Assembly: GCA_964586075.1 (NCBI GenBank)
Contig: CAZPGZ010000015.1
Coordinates: 1,805-65,804, forward strand
DNA length: 64,000 nucleotides
Direction of reading: 5' to 3'
From: an uncultured Nitrospiraceae bacterium
GTDB lineage: Bacteria > Nitrospirota > UBA9217
Part shown: piece by piece, positions 38,527 to 48,584 of the stretch
Layout of the letters: each line of letters opens with the position of its first letter
Position numbering within the stretch: the first letter of the stretch is position 1
Notes under the pieces: model-generated
The model's input: only the letters and a program-made list of their open reading frames with translations
What the model was told of the DNA's origin: nothing
Database searches by the model: none
Made by a program: the position numbers and the translations under genes

Positions 38527-38558
38527 AAGCCTGGGAGAAATACTTCCAGGCTTTTTTA
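38527..38558 (+). terminator. Rho-independent terminator after the MCP gene
   Basis: The stem AGCCTGG/CCAGGCT with an 11-nt loop, followed by TTTTTTAT. Confidence 0.55.
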
Positions 38559-40481
38559 TCGCGTTCGCTCCTTCTTTGCCAGTTCTTCCTTCACCGTCGG
38601 AAAAGCGTCAATGTTTGTATGCGGCAAAAAAAGCGCTGAAAGATATTCATCCATGAAGCTGCGCAGCGAAGAAAGCTCAAGATAGGTCATTTTTTTTGCG
38701 ATTTCTTCCGCTTCCTTGCGCAGCCGGTCGCACAGCAGTGCGTAGTAGGCGCCCATGATGGAAGTGTTGCCGAGAAACCGGAATTTGTCCACCGGCAGAT
38801 CGGGAAGCATCCCGATTACAATGGCTCGTTCCACGTCAAGGTACCGTCCGAACCCTCCGGCGATATAGATGGCGTCAACATCGGCGAAGTCCAGGTCCAT
38901 CTGCGCAAGCAGTGTCGCGAAGCCCGCGTAGATAGCGCCCTTTGCACGGACAAGATTATCAAGGTCTGCTTCGGTAATCACGATCTCCTTGTTGACGGAG
39001 CTTTCCACACGCCAGGCAAGCACAAACTCAAGCCCGTTTTCACCCCGCCGGATGCGGTTGGAGCCGATTTCCTCCCGTAGTTTTCCCTTTTGATTTATGA
39101 CGCCGCTTAGATACATCTCGGCGAGCGCGTCGATCATGCCTGAACCACAAATGCCGGCGGGCTTCACGTCGCCGATGACCCGGAGATGCACGTCAAAGGT
39201 CTCCGGATCGATTTCCACTTCCTCGATGGCCCCTTCCATGGCCCGCATGCCGAACTTGATGCCGCTCCCCTCGAAAGCCGGGCCCGCCGAACACGCAGCG
39301 GTCACCAGCCAGTCTCTGTTGCCGAGGACGATTTCACCGTTCGTGCCGATATCGATGAACAGGGAGACTGCCTCTTTCTTGTGCATCTGCGACACAAGGA
39401 CTCCCGCGGTTATATCGCCGCCGACATAGCTCGCGACGTTCGGCATGGCGTAGACGACCGCCTGCGGATGCACTTGAAGCCCCACGCTCATGCCGCGAAC
39501 AAGAGGAAACAGGGTGGCTGCAGGAATGTACGGTTCTTCGCGGATGTAGCGCGGATCTACCCCGAAAAACAGGTGCTGCATGGTCGTGTTTCCGGCTACC
39601 ACGATGTAATCGATCATCCCGGTTGGAACAGCGTGCGTCGCGGCAAGTTCGGCCAAAAGCGAGTTGATGTTCTTCGCAACAAGCCCCTGAAGCTCCTTGA
39701 GTCCGTCTCGCTCTGTTGCATACACGATGCGCGTAATAACATCGTCCCCGCATGACCCCTGGCTGTTATAGGTGGCGGCCATACCGATGACGCGGCCGCT
39801 TGTCATCTCGACAAGATAGGCAACGATAGTGGTCGTGCCGATGTCCACGGCAGCGCCGAAGCAGACGCCGGAGGCGTTCCCCGGAAAAATATCGAGCACT
39901 TCGAGGGCGCCGGCAATATCCATAAGCGACGCAGTGACCCGCCACTCTCCTTCGCGCAGCACGCGGGAAAGCTTGCCCAGCACCAAATGCCCCCCATGCA
40001 GCTGTGAAGCGTCAAACCCCGCCTGCGCGACAGCGCGGCGAAGGCGCTCGTAATCTGCAATACTGTCATCCAGCGTGGGAGGCGGTATTTCAAGATACAC
40101 TCTCCTGATCCGCGATTCGAGACACCCACCCGCAGACCGCATCCAGGCAAGAACGTCATCCGGATTCGCACCCAGGGCAATTTTGTGTTTAGCATGCACG
40201 CGCGACTCAGGCGGAATTTCGATGGCAACATCGCCGATGGCCTTCGAAACACAGGCGAGCACATAGCCGCTGTCTGATTCTTCCGCGGTCAGCAGCGAGC
40301 GTGATGTTCCGCTCTCCACCCTGCCGTCCCGGACCACGACCCGGCATTTTCCGCAGGTGCCTTTTCCGCCGCACGACGAAAGGACGGAGATCCCCGCCGT
40401 CTTCATGGCATCGAGCAGGTCAGCATTGTCGTCAATGCTTACCGTGATCCGGTCAGGCAAAAATGTTATTCTGTGTTTCAT
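38556..40481 (-). CDS. RACo-like reductive activator of corrinoid-dependent methyltransferases (N-terminal 2Fe-2S ferredoxin + ASKHA/DUF4445 ATPase)
   Basis: An N-terminal plant-type ferredoxin with 'SSCGGKGTCGKCRVVV', then an actin-fold ATPase region (about 640 aa). The start is placed at the ATG giving 'MKHRITFLP'. Confidence 0.7.
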   Translation of the reverse strand: MKHRITFLPDRITVSIDDNADLLDAMKTAGISVLSSCGGKGTCGKCRVVVRDGRVESGTSRSLLTAEESDSGYVLACVSKAIGDVAIEIPPESRVHAKHKIALGANPDDVLAWMRSAGGCLESRIRRVYLEIPPPTLDDSIADYERLRRAVAQAGFDASQLHGGHLVLGKLSRVLREGEWRVTASLMDIAGALEVLDIFPGNASGVCFGAAVDIGTTTIVAYLVEMTSGRVIGMAATYNSQGSCGDDVITRIVYATERDGLKELQGLVAKNINSLLAELAATHAVPTGMIDYIVVAGNTTMQHLFFGVDPRYIREEPYIPAATLFPLVRGMSVGLQVHPQAVVYAMPNVASYVGGDITAGVLVSQMHKKEAVSLFIDIGTNGEIVLGNRDWLVTAACSAGPAFEGSGIKFGMRAMEGAIEEVEIDPETFDVHLRVIGDVKPAGICGSGMIDALAEMYLSGVINQKGKLREEIGSNRIRRGENGLEFVLAWRVESSVNKEIVITEADLDNLVRAKGAIYAGFATLLAQMDLDFADVDAIYIAGGFGRYLDVERAIVIGMLPDLPVDKFRFLGNTSIMGAYYALLCDRLRKEAEEIAKKMTYLELSSLRSFMDEYLSALFLPHTNIDAFPTVKEELAKKERTR

Positions 40482-40662
40482 GAATCGACTATAGCAGGGG
40501 GAGCTGCGACGGTCAAGGGGATTCTGGCATGCAACAGGAATGGCGCAACCGGCTTGAGCAAAACGAACAGCAAGTTTCTCTTGCAATCACGCCTGATCTG
40601 TATTATCTTCTAGCAGCAATGCGGCAGCTGTGCATTGCGGTGAATTTGCAAGGAGAACCATA

Positions 40663-41169
40663 ATGGAAGATCTCAAAAAAGCGTATAAGCGTGCCGTGAT
40701 ATTAGGTCTCGCGCTGATGGGGAGCGTACTCGCAGCCGCCGGTTTCGTCGAACTTGCCGTAAGCAAGCAGGTTTCTTTTCCGCATCCGGCGCCCATCTCG
40801 CGCGATCAGGCCGAACTGACCGTATATTTTCTGCTGGTTGTGTCCGGCGCGGTCTTTTTCGTAATTAAATACCTGCAGCAGCATTATCTCCAAGGCAGTC
40901 TGATGTTTATGCCGGACGACCGGCAGGCAACGGAAGCCGAGCTGTCCACCGCAAAGCTGCTGACTCTTTTGATTGTGGTCGTCATGTCTTACCTGCTGTG
41001 TGAAGTCCCGATGATTTTCGGTCTGGTGCTCTTTTTTCTGACGGATGGAAATGCTTTATATTTCTATATTTTCATGGTCATGTCGTTGCTGTTCTTTGCC
41101 TTTTATTTTCCCCGGTACCGTCAGTGGGAATCCTGGATGAGAGAAAAGAAAGCAGACCCGGATGCATAG
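40663..41169 (+). CDS. Hypothetical membrane protein (3-4 TM)
   Basis: Hydrophobic helices. An AGGAG RBS lies 7 nt upstream of the ATG at 40663. Confidence 0.45.
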   Translation: MEDLKKAYKRAVILGLALMGSVLAAAGFVELAVSKQVSFPHPAPISRDQAELTVYFLLVVSGAVFFVIKYLQQHYLQGSLMFMPDDRQATEAELSTAKLLTLLIVVVMSYLLCEVPMIFGLVLFFLTDGNALYFYIFMVMSLLFFAFYFPRYRQWESWMREKKADPDA

Positions 41170-41197
41170 CACAAAACATGATTAGAAAAACGCGGGA

Positions 41198-41680
41198 TTG
41201 CCGGATATGGGTTTAAAGCCTTGGAGAACATACTCGTTCTGTATGTTCGTTTTTTTGTTGGTTGGCTGTGCTTCCGCCCCGGTACAACAAATAACCGGCT
41301 ATACTCCAGCCATCGGGGAACGGGCCGCACGAACGGCGGTATCCATGATCGGCATGCCTTACAAATATCAGGGAGACAGCCCGGAAGGCTTTGACTGCAG
41401 CGGATTGGTCCGCTACAGCTATTTAACTGCCGGCCTGGATGCTCCGCATGGAACAAAAGACTTGAAAAACGTTACCCGGCAGGTTGAAAACCGGAACTTG
41501 CAGAAGGGTGATTTGCTTTTTTTTGATGAAAAAGGCGGGAAATACTCGCACGTCGGTATTTACATCGGGAGCCAGTATTTTGTGCACGCACCAAGCAGCG
41601 GCAAAAAAGTCCGGAAAAACAGCCTCACTGACCCCTACTGGAAGAGACATTTCGTTGAAGCACGACGGTTTTACAATTGA
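41198..41680 (+). CDS. NlpC/P60 (C40) peptidoglycan endopeptidase lipoprotein
   Basis: Lipobox 'LLVGCAS', the catalytic 'GFDCSGLVRYSY' Cys, and the 'YSHVGIYIG' His. Confidence 0.8.
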   Translation: MPDMGLKPWRTYSFCMFVFLLVGCASAPVQQITGYTPAIGERAARTAVSMIGMPYKYQGDSPEGFDCSGLVRYSYLTAGLDAPHGTKDLKNVTRQVENRNLQKGDLLFFDEKGGKYSHVGIYIGSQYFVHAPSSGKKVRKNSLTDPYWKRHFVEARRFYN

Positions 41681-41726
41681 CTCATCCGCAATCCGGTTTC
41701 TTACACCCTCCGAAAAAGCGTCACTG

Positions 41727-42398
41727 CTATTTCTTCATTGATTCCGCGTACCGCTTAAGTTCCTTGTAAAAATCCTTGCCCATGAATGTTTCGATCGTCT
41801 TTTTAAGGCTTTTGTACATCGGATCTCCGGCAGGATGCTTCATGCAGGGAATATGGTCCAGGTAGGGCGTGTTCTGGATGGAAAGGACCTGCCTGCCGTC
41901 CTCTGTGGAATAAAACGAAAGCGGGTACTGTACGCAGTCTGCAAATTTGAATTCTTCCCAGACCATTCCTTTTTCCATGGCATAGGTGTGCACGGCGCAG
42001 TAACGCAATCCCTCCGGGGTAGTATAGAGTAGCGAACAATCATTGTTAAACAGCAAAACGCACCGGAACTCTTTGCCGCCGAAGTTCCTTCTGATTGCCT
42101 GCGCTTCGTCTTCGTGGATTACGCACCCCATGGGGCATTGCTTGGAGCAGATGCCGAGCACGGAACCATTTTTTCTGATTGCCTCGCGATTTTCGGGGGA
42201 GAGATAGGACAGAATGCCTTCAAGGTGGTCTTCAATTTTTTTTGCTTCCTGCTCCGGCACGATGCAGGAACGGTAGCAGCACTGGGATTTGCAACCGTAT
42301 TTCTCGACGTCACACCCGTAGGGGCGGGTGAAAATCTCCGGATTCACGAGAACTGAAGCAATTTCAACAAAACCACTCTCTGCAGAAGACATAAACAA
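41727..42398 (-). CDS. Cys-rich YkgJ/UPF0153-like putative Fe-S/Zn-binding protein
   Basis: An N-terminal 'GCDVEKYGCKSQCC' (CxxxCC-type cluster), and later C-rich blocks 'CSKQCPMGC', 'CSLLYT', 'CAVHTY', 'CVQYPL'. The family assignment is tentative. Confidence 0.45.
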   Translation of the reverse strand: MFMSSAESGFVEIASVLVNPEIFTRPYGCDVEKYGCKSQCCYRSCIVPEQEAKKIEDHLEGILSYLSPENREAIRKNGSVLGICSKQCPMGCVIHEDEAQAIRRNFGGKEFRCVLLFNNDCSLLYTTPEGLRYCAVHTYAMEKGMVWEEFKFADCVQYPLSFYSTEDGRQVLSIQNTPYLDHIPCMKHPAGDPMYKSLKKTIETFMGKDFYKELKRYAESMKK

Positions 42399-42924
42399 CC
42401 TCCCGGGAAAAGCTATGGTGTGCCGTGCCGGCCGCGCAGCGCAATTCGTGACGTCTGAAAAACGGTTGGACGATGGGTCGGCAGCTGTTTCCCGGCCTTC
42501 ACTCGCCTCTGTTCAGGCGCCCGGGCTTCCTCAAAAGCCTCTGCATACCCGGCGAAGCAACGCATTGTAAGACTATCCGGACGGCTTGTAAAGTTTTTTT
42601 TCCGCAGCCTCAGTTTTTACTTGCATTTGATGAAAAAAAGAGTATATTGCGCAACAAAAAATGAACGCGGAGACGTTGCTGCGGGCCTCGCAGGGAGCGG
42701 CTGAAATCGACTTTGAAAAAAAATGAGCGCGTTTCATTTTTATTCTTGACAAAGAGTAGTATTTTTGATAAATGGAAACTAAAATGTGTGTGGGTTGGCG
42801 CCGTCGGAAGTTTCGGCGGATTTGATTCGGACACTAGCCCTTCCGTAAGAACGGAAGGCGGTGCTCGCAGAATCCCGGCAATACCGGGAAGCATGCTCGG
42901 CGGGCGGAGAAGGAGGCAAACAGG

Positions 42925-43353
42925 TTGCACGCGTTGGGTACCCACTTGTTGTTAGAGTTGCGGGATTGCAACCCCAAGACCCTCAGTAATCTGGAATTTG
43001 TGCAGGAAACTCTCAAAAATGCCGCGCTTGAGGCAAAGGCGACGATTGTAGAAGTCGCTTTCCACGAATTCAGCCCCTTTGGCATCAGCGGGATGGTCGT
43101 CATTGCTGAATCCCACCTTGCCATCCACACCTGGCCGGAATACGGCTATGCAGCAGTCGATGTCTTCACCTGCGGAGACCTGATTGATCCCCGGGTTGCC
43201 GCTCAATACCTCATTGAAAAATTCGAATCCGGAAACCCCTCCATCGTCGAGATGAAGCGGGGTATTCTGGGCAACGAAAAGCTTCCCCACAAGGCACAGC
43301 CAGGAGAATCTCTCAAGCATGATAGAACCGAAGAGCTACAAGTGGTTCATTGA
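42925..43353 (+). CDS. speH: S-adenosylmethionine decarboxylase proenzyme (class 1B, SpeH)
   Basis: 'GISGMVVIAESHLAIHTWPEYGYAAVDVFTCG', with the ES|H self-cleavage serine. TTG start with an AGGAGG RBS. Confidence 0.85.
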   Translation: MHALGTHLLLELRDCNPKTLSNLEFVQETLKNAALEAKATIVEVAFHEFSPFGISGMVVIAESHLAIHTWPEYGYAAVDVFTCGDLIDPRVAAQYLIEKFESGNPSIVEMKRGILGNEKLPHKAQPGESLKHDRTEELQVVH

Positions 43354-44239
43354 GTACACGAGCCCTGAAGAGGGCCATCTGCACGGCATCCGCATGATCC
43401 ATTATGCAAACCAGACGAAATACCAGCGTATGGAAATCATGGACAGCGGAAGCTACGGGAGATGCCTCGTCCTGGACGGCAAAATGCAGTCGTCCTTGAC
43501 CGACGAGTTCATTTATCATGAGGCCCTGGTTCATCCGGCGCTCCTCACCCATCCGAACCCCAAAAGGGTCTTTATCGTGGGAGGAGGCGAGGGCGCCACG
43601 CTTCGCGAGGTATTGCGTCATAAAAGCGTGGAATACTGCATGATGGTGGACATCGACCAGGAAGTGGTTGAAAAATCCAAGGAACTTCTCCCGGAGTGGC
43701 ATCAGGGGGCCTTCGATGATCCCCGGACCGATCTCAGATTCATGGACGCCAGGAAGTATCTTGAAGAGACGACCGACACCTATGATGCGATCATTATTGA
43801 TATATCGGAGCCTGTTGAAGAGGGGCCTGCCTATCTCCTGTTCACGCGGGAGTTCTATGAAATCGTAAAAGAGCGGCTCAGCCCGGACGGGACCATATCG
43901 CTCCAGGCAGGAACAACGGCCCTGCACCAGCTGCTGAATTTTACCGCGGTCAATAAAACCTTAAGTGCTGTTTTCCCCGTAGTCTGCCCGTATAACGTCT
44001 CAATACCTTCTTTCGGTCTTCCGTGGGGGTTCACCCTAGCTTCCAAGAACATCGATCCGAGCAAATTCGATCCCAAGGAACTGGACACCATGATCAAAAA
44101 GCGGATCAAGGGTGAAAACCGATATTATGACGGCATTACCAACCAGGGCATGTACATGTTGCCCAAGCATATTCGCAAGGCTTTGGCTGCAGAAACCAGG
44201 ATCATAGAGGACAACGCACCCCTCTTTACGTACCATTAG
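43319..44239 (+). CDS. speE: Spermidine synthase / polyamine aminopropyltransferase
   Basis: 'RVFIVGGGEGATLREVLRH', 'DIIIIDISEP', 306 aa. It overlaps the 3' end of speH. Confidence 0.85.
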   Translation: MIEPKSYKWFIEYTSPEEGHLHGIRMIHYANQTKYQRMEIMDSGSYGRCLVLDGKMQSSLTDEFIYHEALVHPALLTHPNPKRVFIVGGGEGATLREVLRHKSVEYCMMVDIDQEVVEKSKELLPEWHQGAFDDPRTDLRFMDARKYLEETTDTYDAIIIDISEPVEEGPAYLLFTREFYEIVKERLSPDGTISLQAGTTALHQLLNFTAVNKTLSAVFPVVCPYNVSIPSFGLPWGFTLASKNIDPSKFDPKELDTMIKKRIKGENRYYDGITNQGMYMLPKHIRKALAAETRIIEDNAPLFTYH

Positions 44240-44244
44240 AGGCC

Positions 44245-45729
44245 ATGAATCCTCCTCCTTCCCGTTTTGAGGATGAACAATTCCGCACTCCGCTGTTTGA
44301 CGCGATGGTCAACCTTGCGGAGAGCCGTAAAGTATCCTTTCATACCCCCGGACATAAGAGCGGCAAAGGCATATCGACCCGTTTCCGTAAATTCGTCGGC
44401 CACCGCATCTTTTCCATTGACCTCACGACTCTCGATGAAGTCGACTCACTCCAGAACCCGACCGGAGTCATCAAGGAAGCTCAGGAACTGGCCGCGAAAG
44501 CCGCAGGAGCAGACCGGTCCTATTTCCTTGTAAACGGAACCACCGTCGGAAACCATGCCATGGTTGCTTCCACGACGGGACCCGGCGACAAAGTGCTTAT
44601 CGCAAGAAACTGCCACCGGTCGGTGCTCACCGGACTGATCGTGAGCGGAGCACAGCCGATTTTTTTCCAGCCGATTTTTGACCGGGATCTCAAGCTCACC
44701 CTGAATATGACCTTCGAGACCGTTAAACAAGCCATAGACGAAAATCCCGGCGCACGGGCGCTGCTGATCACAAGCCCGAACTACTACGGCCTCTGCGCAG
44801 ACATCGAAAAAATCATTCCCTATACGCATGAGAAGGGGCTTATCGTGCTCATGGACGAAGCACACGGCCCACACCTCAAATTCAATCCGAAATTGCCGAA
44901 ATGCGCCTTGGAAACAGGCGCAGACATGTGCGTCCAGTCAACCCATAAAATCGTCGGGGGCATGACCCAAGCCTCCATGCTGCACGCAAATACCGGGCGG
45001 ATCAATATCGATGATGTCACCAACACCCTCAAGCTGCTCCAGACCACCAGCCCGTCGTACATTCTGATGGCTTCTCTTGACCTCGCCCGCATGCAAATGG
45101 CCACGGAAGGCAAAAAACTGTTAAACCGGACCATAAAACTGGCGGAAGAGGCCCGTGCAGAAATCAACAAAATTCCCGGCATCTCCTGTTTCAGCAAGGA
45201 ACGGGCAAAGCAATCCGGGATGGCCGATATGGACGTCACCAAGCTGACCATTACCGTTTCCGACCTGGGACTGTCGGGCTATACCGTCTCCCAGATGCTC
45301 AACACCCGCTTCGACATTCAGGTCGAGATGGCGGATCCCTTCCATGTGCTCGTAATCGTGTCCATCGGAGACCGGCAGGACGACCTGAACCGGCTTGTGG
45401 ACGCGCTCCGCCAGATTGCCGCAGAAACCGGCCTTCAGGGAACCCTGTTACCGCTCGACAAGGTCCATCCGCCGGTTCTTCAGAACCGCTTTGCCATGAC
45501 CCCGCGCGAAGCGTTTTACTACGATACCGAGATGGTAGGCATTAATCAGGCAATCGGCAGAGTCTCCGCTGAAATCGTGACTGTTTATCCTCCCGGCATC
45601 CCGCTGCTCGTTCCCGGTGAAGAAATTTCACAGGATGCCATCGATTATCTCAGGAACATGGCCGGCCTCGGTGCCATCATAGACGGAATGAACGAAAACA
45701 ATTCCCTGGTACGCGTGGTAAAAACATAG
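44245..45729 (+). CDS. PLP-dependent Orn/Lys/Arg decarboxylase family (SpeA-like, OKR_DC_1)
   Basis: 494 aa. The PLP lysine block 'QSTHKIVGGMTQASMLH' and an N-terminal 'FHTPGHKSG' are present. Confidence 0.75.
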   Translation: MNPPPSRFEDEQFRTPLFDAMVNLAESRKVSFHTPGHKSGKGISTRFRKFVGHRIFSIDLTTLDEVDSLQNPTGVIKEAQELAAKAAGADRSYFLVNGTTVGNHAMVASTTGPGDKVLIARNCHRSVLTGLIVSGAQPIFFQPIFDRDLKLTLNMTFETVKQAIDENPGARALLITSPNYYGLCADIEKIIPYTHEKGLIVLMDEAHGPHLKFNPKLPKCALETGADMCVQSTHKIVGGMTQASMLHANTGRINIDDVTNTLKLLQTTSPSYILMASLDLARMQMATEGKKLLNRTIKLAEEARAEINKIPGISCFSKERAKQSGMADMDVTKLTITVSDLGLSGYTVSQMLNTRFDIQVEMADPFHVLVIVSIGDRQDDLNRLVDALRQIAAETGLQGTLLPLDKVHPPVLQNRFAMTPREAFYYDTEMVGINQAIGRVSAEIVTVYPPGIPLLVPGEEISQDAIDYLRNMAGLGAIIDGMNENNSLVRVVKT

Positions 45730-45754
45730 TTTTCCCGTCTGAAGGAGCACATAC

Positions 45755-46381
45755 ATGATGCGGCGTCTTCGCAAGTATTTCGTGCAAAGTCTTATCTGCC
45801 TTATTACCGCACTTCTGTTCCTGCCTGTTCATGCCTCCGCAGAAAACAAGACTCCCTGCATCCTGGACGATGAAGAATATTCCGTTATTGCCGCAGTATT
45901 GTTTCGTGCGGAGCACAATATGGCTGCGCTCAAAAACAAGCCGTACTCTGGACACTATCGAGACCTTGACGGCATCCCCTCTTCCTTTATTTTGCTCTCC
46001 GATGTAACCCGGCAGGAAAAGTTGGACAATCCTGCAGCGGACGCAGTCATGATTGCAGACTATAATCGGAAGAATGCCGACATTTGCAGCATTGACAAAA
46101 AAAGGCTGCAAGCCCTTGTTCCGGAAAAGAGCAGAATCAGCTTTATCAGTCCGGGAGCGTGGAGGAAGAACAGGGAGGAATCCCTTCGGAATCAGTCCCT
46201 GTCTTCCGGCCTCACCTCTGTTTCCCGGCCCGGTTTTAATGCAGATAAGACCCGTGCCGTTATACAGATAAACCATATTGCCGATTTTGAAATGGGCGCC
46301 GGCTATCTGGTGTATCTGAAAAAAACGCCCTCGGACAACGTGTGGATTCTTACCGGCGCTGTGCTGAACCGCAGATATTGA
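45755..46381 (+). CDS. Exported hypothetical protein
   Basis: Signal peptide 'LLFLPVHASA', and no family recognised. Confidence 0.4.
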   Translation: MMRRLRKYFVQSLICLITALLFLPVHASAENKTPCILDDEEYSVIAAVLFRAEHNMAALKNKPYSGHYRDLDGIPSSFILLSDVTRQEKLDNPAADAVMIADYNRKNADICSIDKKRLQALVPEKSRISFISPGAWRKNREESLRNQSLSSGLTSVSRPGFNADKTRAVIQINHIADFEMGAGYLVYLKKTPSDNVWILTGAVLNRRY

Positions 46382-46455
46382 TCAACTTGTTTGCGATATG
46401 GTGCAGAGATTGAAAGCATATGGTTTTATCCTCGACATATGAAGCGCTTCAAATC

Positions 46456-46484
46456 TTGACGACGCCGGAACCATTGATTATACT
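46456..46484 (+). promoter_or_regulatory. Sigma70-like promoter (TTGACG - 17 nt - TATACT)
   Basis: Near-consensus hexamers with an optimal spacer, 75 nt upstream of the usp gene start. Confidence 0.45.
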
Positions 46485-46561
46485 GTAAAAAAATAGCGCA
46501 AAACCTATGACGGCGGCGGTACAGACAGAGCAGGAAAACCGACTGCCGTGTATACAGGAGC

Positions 46562-47038
46562 ATGCACATGAAGCAGGGCATACTGGTACCTTTTGATGGT
46601 TCGGCTAATGCCGTCGAAGCAGTGCGAGTGGCAATTGAAATGGCCAAAGTTTTTAAAGAAAAAATTACGTTGCTCAATGTCCAGCACAGCTATGAGACAC
46701 TGCACACCAAAATGTTTTTTGACAAAGTGCAGATCCATGATTATCAGCTGCAGCAGGCAGAGGAAATAATGCGTCCGGCACTGGATGTTCTCAAACAGTC
46801 CGGCGTTGACTTTACCAGCAAGATGCGGGTCGGAGATCCGCGCGACCAGATCATCAGGGAGGCTCAAAGCGACTGCGAGCAGGGAAAGGCCTGCATGCTC
46901 CAGGGTATGCGATGGGTCGTAATGGGGTCTAGGGGCCTGAATGCTTTTCTGGGAAGCGTAATGGGCAGTGTGAGCATGGGAGTCTTACATGGGGCGCCCT
47001 GCCCGGTTGTGATTGTTCCTTATTCCTGCCAGACCTGA
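46562..47038 (+). CDS. Universal stress protein (single UspA domain)
   Basis: 'ILVPFDGS', and the C-terminal 'VMGSRGLNAFLGSVMGSVS...PCPVVIV' ATP-binding motif. Confidence 0.75.
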   Translation: MHMKQGILVPFDGSANAVEAVRVAIEMAKVFKEKITLLNVQHSYETLHTKMFFDKVQIHDYQLQQAEEIMRPALDVLKQSGVDFTSKMRVGDPRDQIIREAQSDCEQGKACMLQGMRWVVMGSRGLNAFLGSVMGSVSMGVLHGAPCPVVIVPYSCQT

Positions 47039-47202
47039 CGGAGATACGAAAACATCTCATAAACAGGAGCCAGACACCTTGCGTAACAAAACTGATCCGG
47101 CTTCCTGTTTTCGTATGTCTGAAATTCTTCTTACTATGCAAAATAAAAAAACATCTCTCCGGCAAACCTAAAAATCTATATGCATCCAGCAAGAGGGAAG
47201 AA

Positions 47203-47862
47203 ATGAACGTTATTCTTTTTGGTGCAACAGGCATGATCGGCCAGGGTGTTTTACGGGAATGTCTGCTCAATCCCGATATAGATGGTATTTTAGCCATCGT
47301 CCGGACCCCAACAGGACAGCAGCATGAAAAACTCAAAGAGATCAAGCACGAAAATTTCCTGGATTTCTCCGGAATCAGTGAAGAGCTCAGGGGTTATGAC
47401 GCCTGTTTTTTCTGCCTCGGTGTTTCCACGGCAGGGAGAAGCAGGCTCGATTATCTGCAGACAACCTACGATATTACCCTGGCGGCCGCGCAGATTCTGG
47501 CTAATTTGAACCGGGACATGGTGTTTATTTATGTATCAGGCGCGGGAACGGACAGTACCGAAAACAGCCGCGCCATGTGGGCCCGGGTAAAAGGCCGGAC
47601 TGAGAATGCGCTGCTCCGGCTGCCATTCAGGGAAGCGTATATGTTCCGACCGGCGTTTATCCAGCCCCTGCATGGCGCTGTCTCAAAAACAACGCTTTAC
47701 AGAATATTGTATGCGGTACTCGCCCCTTTTTTTCCGGTTTTGCGGCTGCTCTTTCCCCGAAAAATTACAACGACAGAACAACTCGGTCGTGCAATGGTCA
47801 GAGTCGCTCAATGCGGCTTTCCCAGTCCGGTACTTGAGAGCGAAGACATTAACGCTGTTTAA
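47203..47862 (+). CDS. NAD(P)H-binding protein (atypical SDR, YbjT/NmrA-like)
   Basis: The Rossmann motif 'ILFGATGMIGQGV'. 219 aa. Confidence 0.6.
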   Translation: MNVILFGATGMIGQGVLRECLLNPDIDGILAIVRTPTGQQHEKLKEIKHENFLDFSGISEELRGYDACFFCLGVSTAGRSRLDYLQTTYDITLAAAQILANLNRDMVFIYVSGAGTDSTENSRAMWARVKGRTENALLRLPFREAYMFRPAFIQPLHGAVSKTTLYRILYAVLAPFFPVLRLLFPRKITTTEQLGRAMVRVAQCGFPSPVLESEDINAV

Positions 47863-47873
47863 AAATAAGAGCG

Positions 47874-48584
47874 GTGTCGAAGGAGGCTTCCATGAAGCGA
47901 CAGGTAAGCAGAAGGAACTTCTTAAAAACCGCTGCAACTGCAGGAATAGTGCTTTCAGCTGGCACCGGCTTAGGAGAAAGCGGAAGAACTATTCTCGCAA
48001 AGGAGGTGCTGACCGACAAGCCTTCGCAATCATCAGCCGAAATCGCCGATGCCCTGCAGAGCCTGCTTCAGAAGAGGCGTTCTGTCAGGGAATTCAGACC
48101 GGAACCCCTTCCTCCGGCAATCATCTCACGCCTGCTCTGGTCGGCATTCGGGATCAACCGCCCGGACGGAAAACGCACCGCTCCTTCTGCCCGAAATCGC
48201 CGGGAAATAGATATTTACATTGCGACTTCAAACGGCCTTTCCTTATATGATGCAAAAGAAAACACGGTGAAGCTGATCCTGCCGCAAGACATCAGAGAAA
48301 TCACCGGCACCCAATCCTATGTCGGACAGGCCCCTCTCAATCTTGTTTACGTCGCTGACATTACAAGAATGGGCGCGACGACAAATGAAGAAAAGATTTT
48401 TTATTCGGCCGCCAATTCGGGATTTATCTGTCAGAATGTGTATTTGTTTTGTGCTGCCGAGGGTCTGGGAACCACGGTGCGGGCGGCCATCAACAAGCCG
48501 CTTCTGGCGCAGACAATGAAGCTGCGGCCCGATCAAATAATCACGCTCGCGCAGTCTGTCGGATATCCCAAAACAGGGGTCTGA
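47874..48584 (+). CDS. Tat-exported nitroreductase-family (SagB/ThcOx-like) protein
   Basis: The twin-arginine signal 'SRRNFLKTAATAG', and a nitroreductase-fold core ('RRSVREF'). Confidence 0.6.
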   Translation: MSKEASMKRQVSRRNFLKTAATAGIVLSAGTGLGESGRTILAKEVLTDKPSQSSAEIADALQSLLQKRRSVREFRPEPLPPAIISRLLWSAFGINRPDGKRTAPSARNRREIDIYIATSNGLSLYDAKENTVKLILPQDIREITGTQSYVGQAPLNLVYVADITRMGATTNEEKIFYSAANSGFICQNVYLFCAAEGLGTTVRAAINKPLLAQTMKLRPDQIITLAQSVGYPKTGV

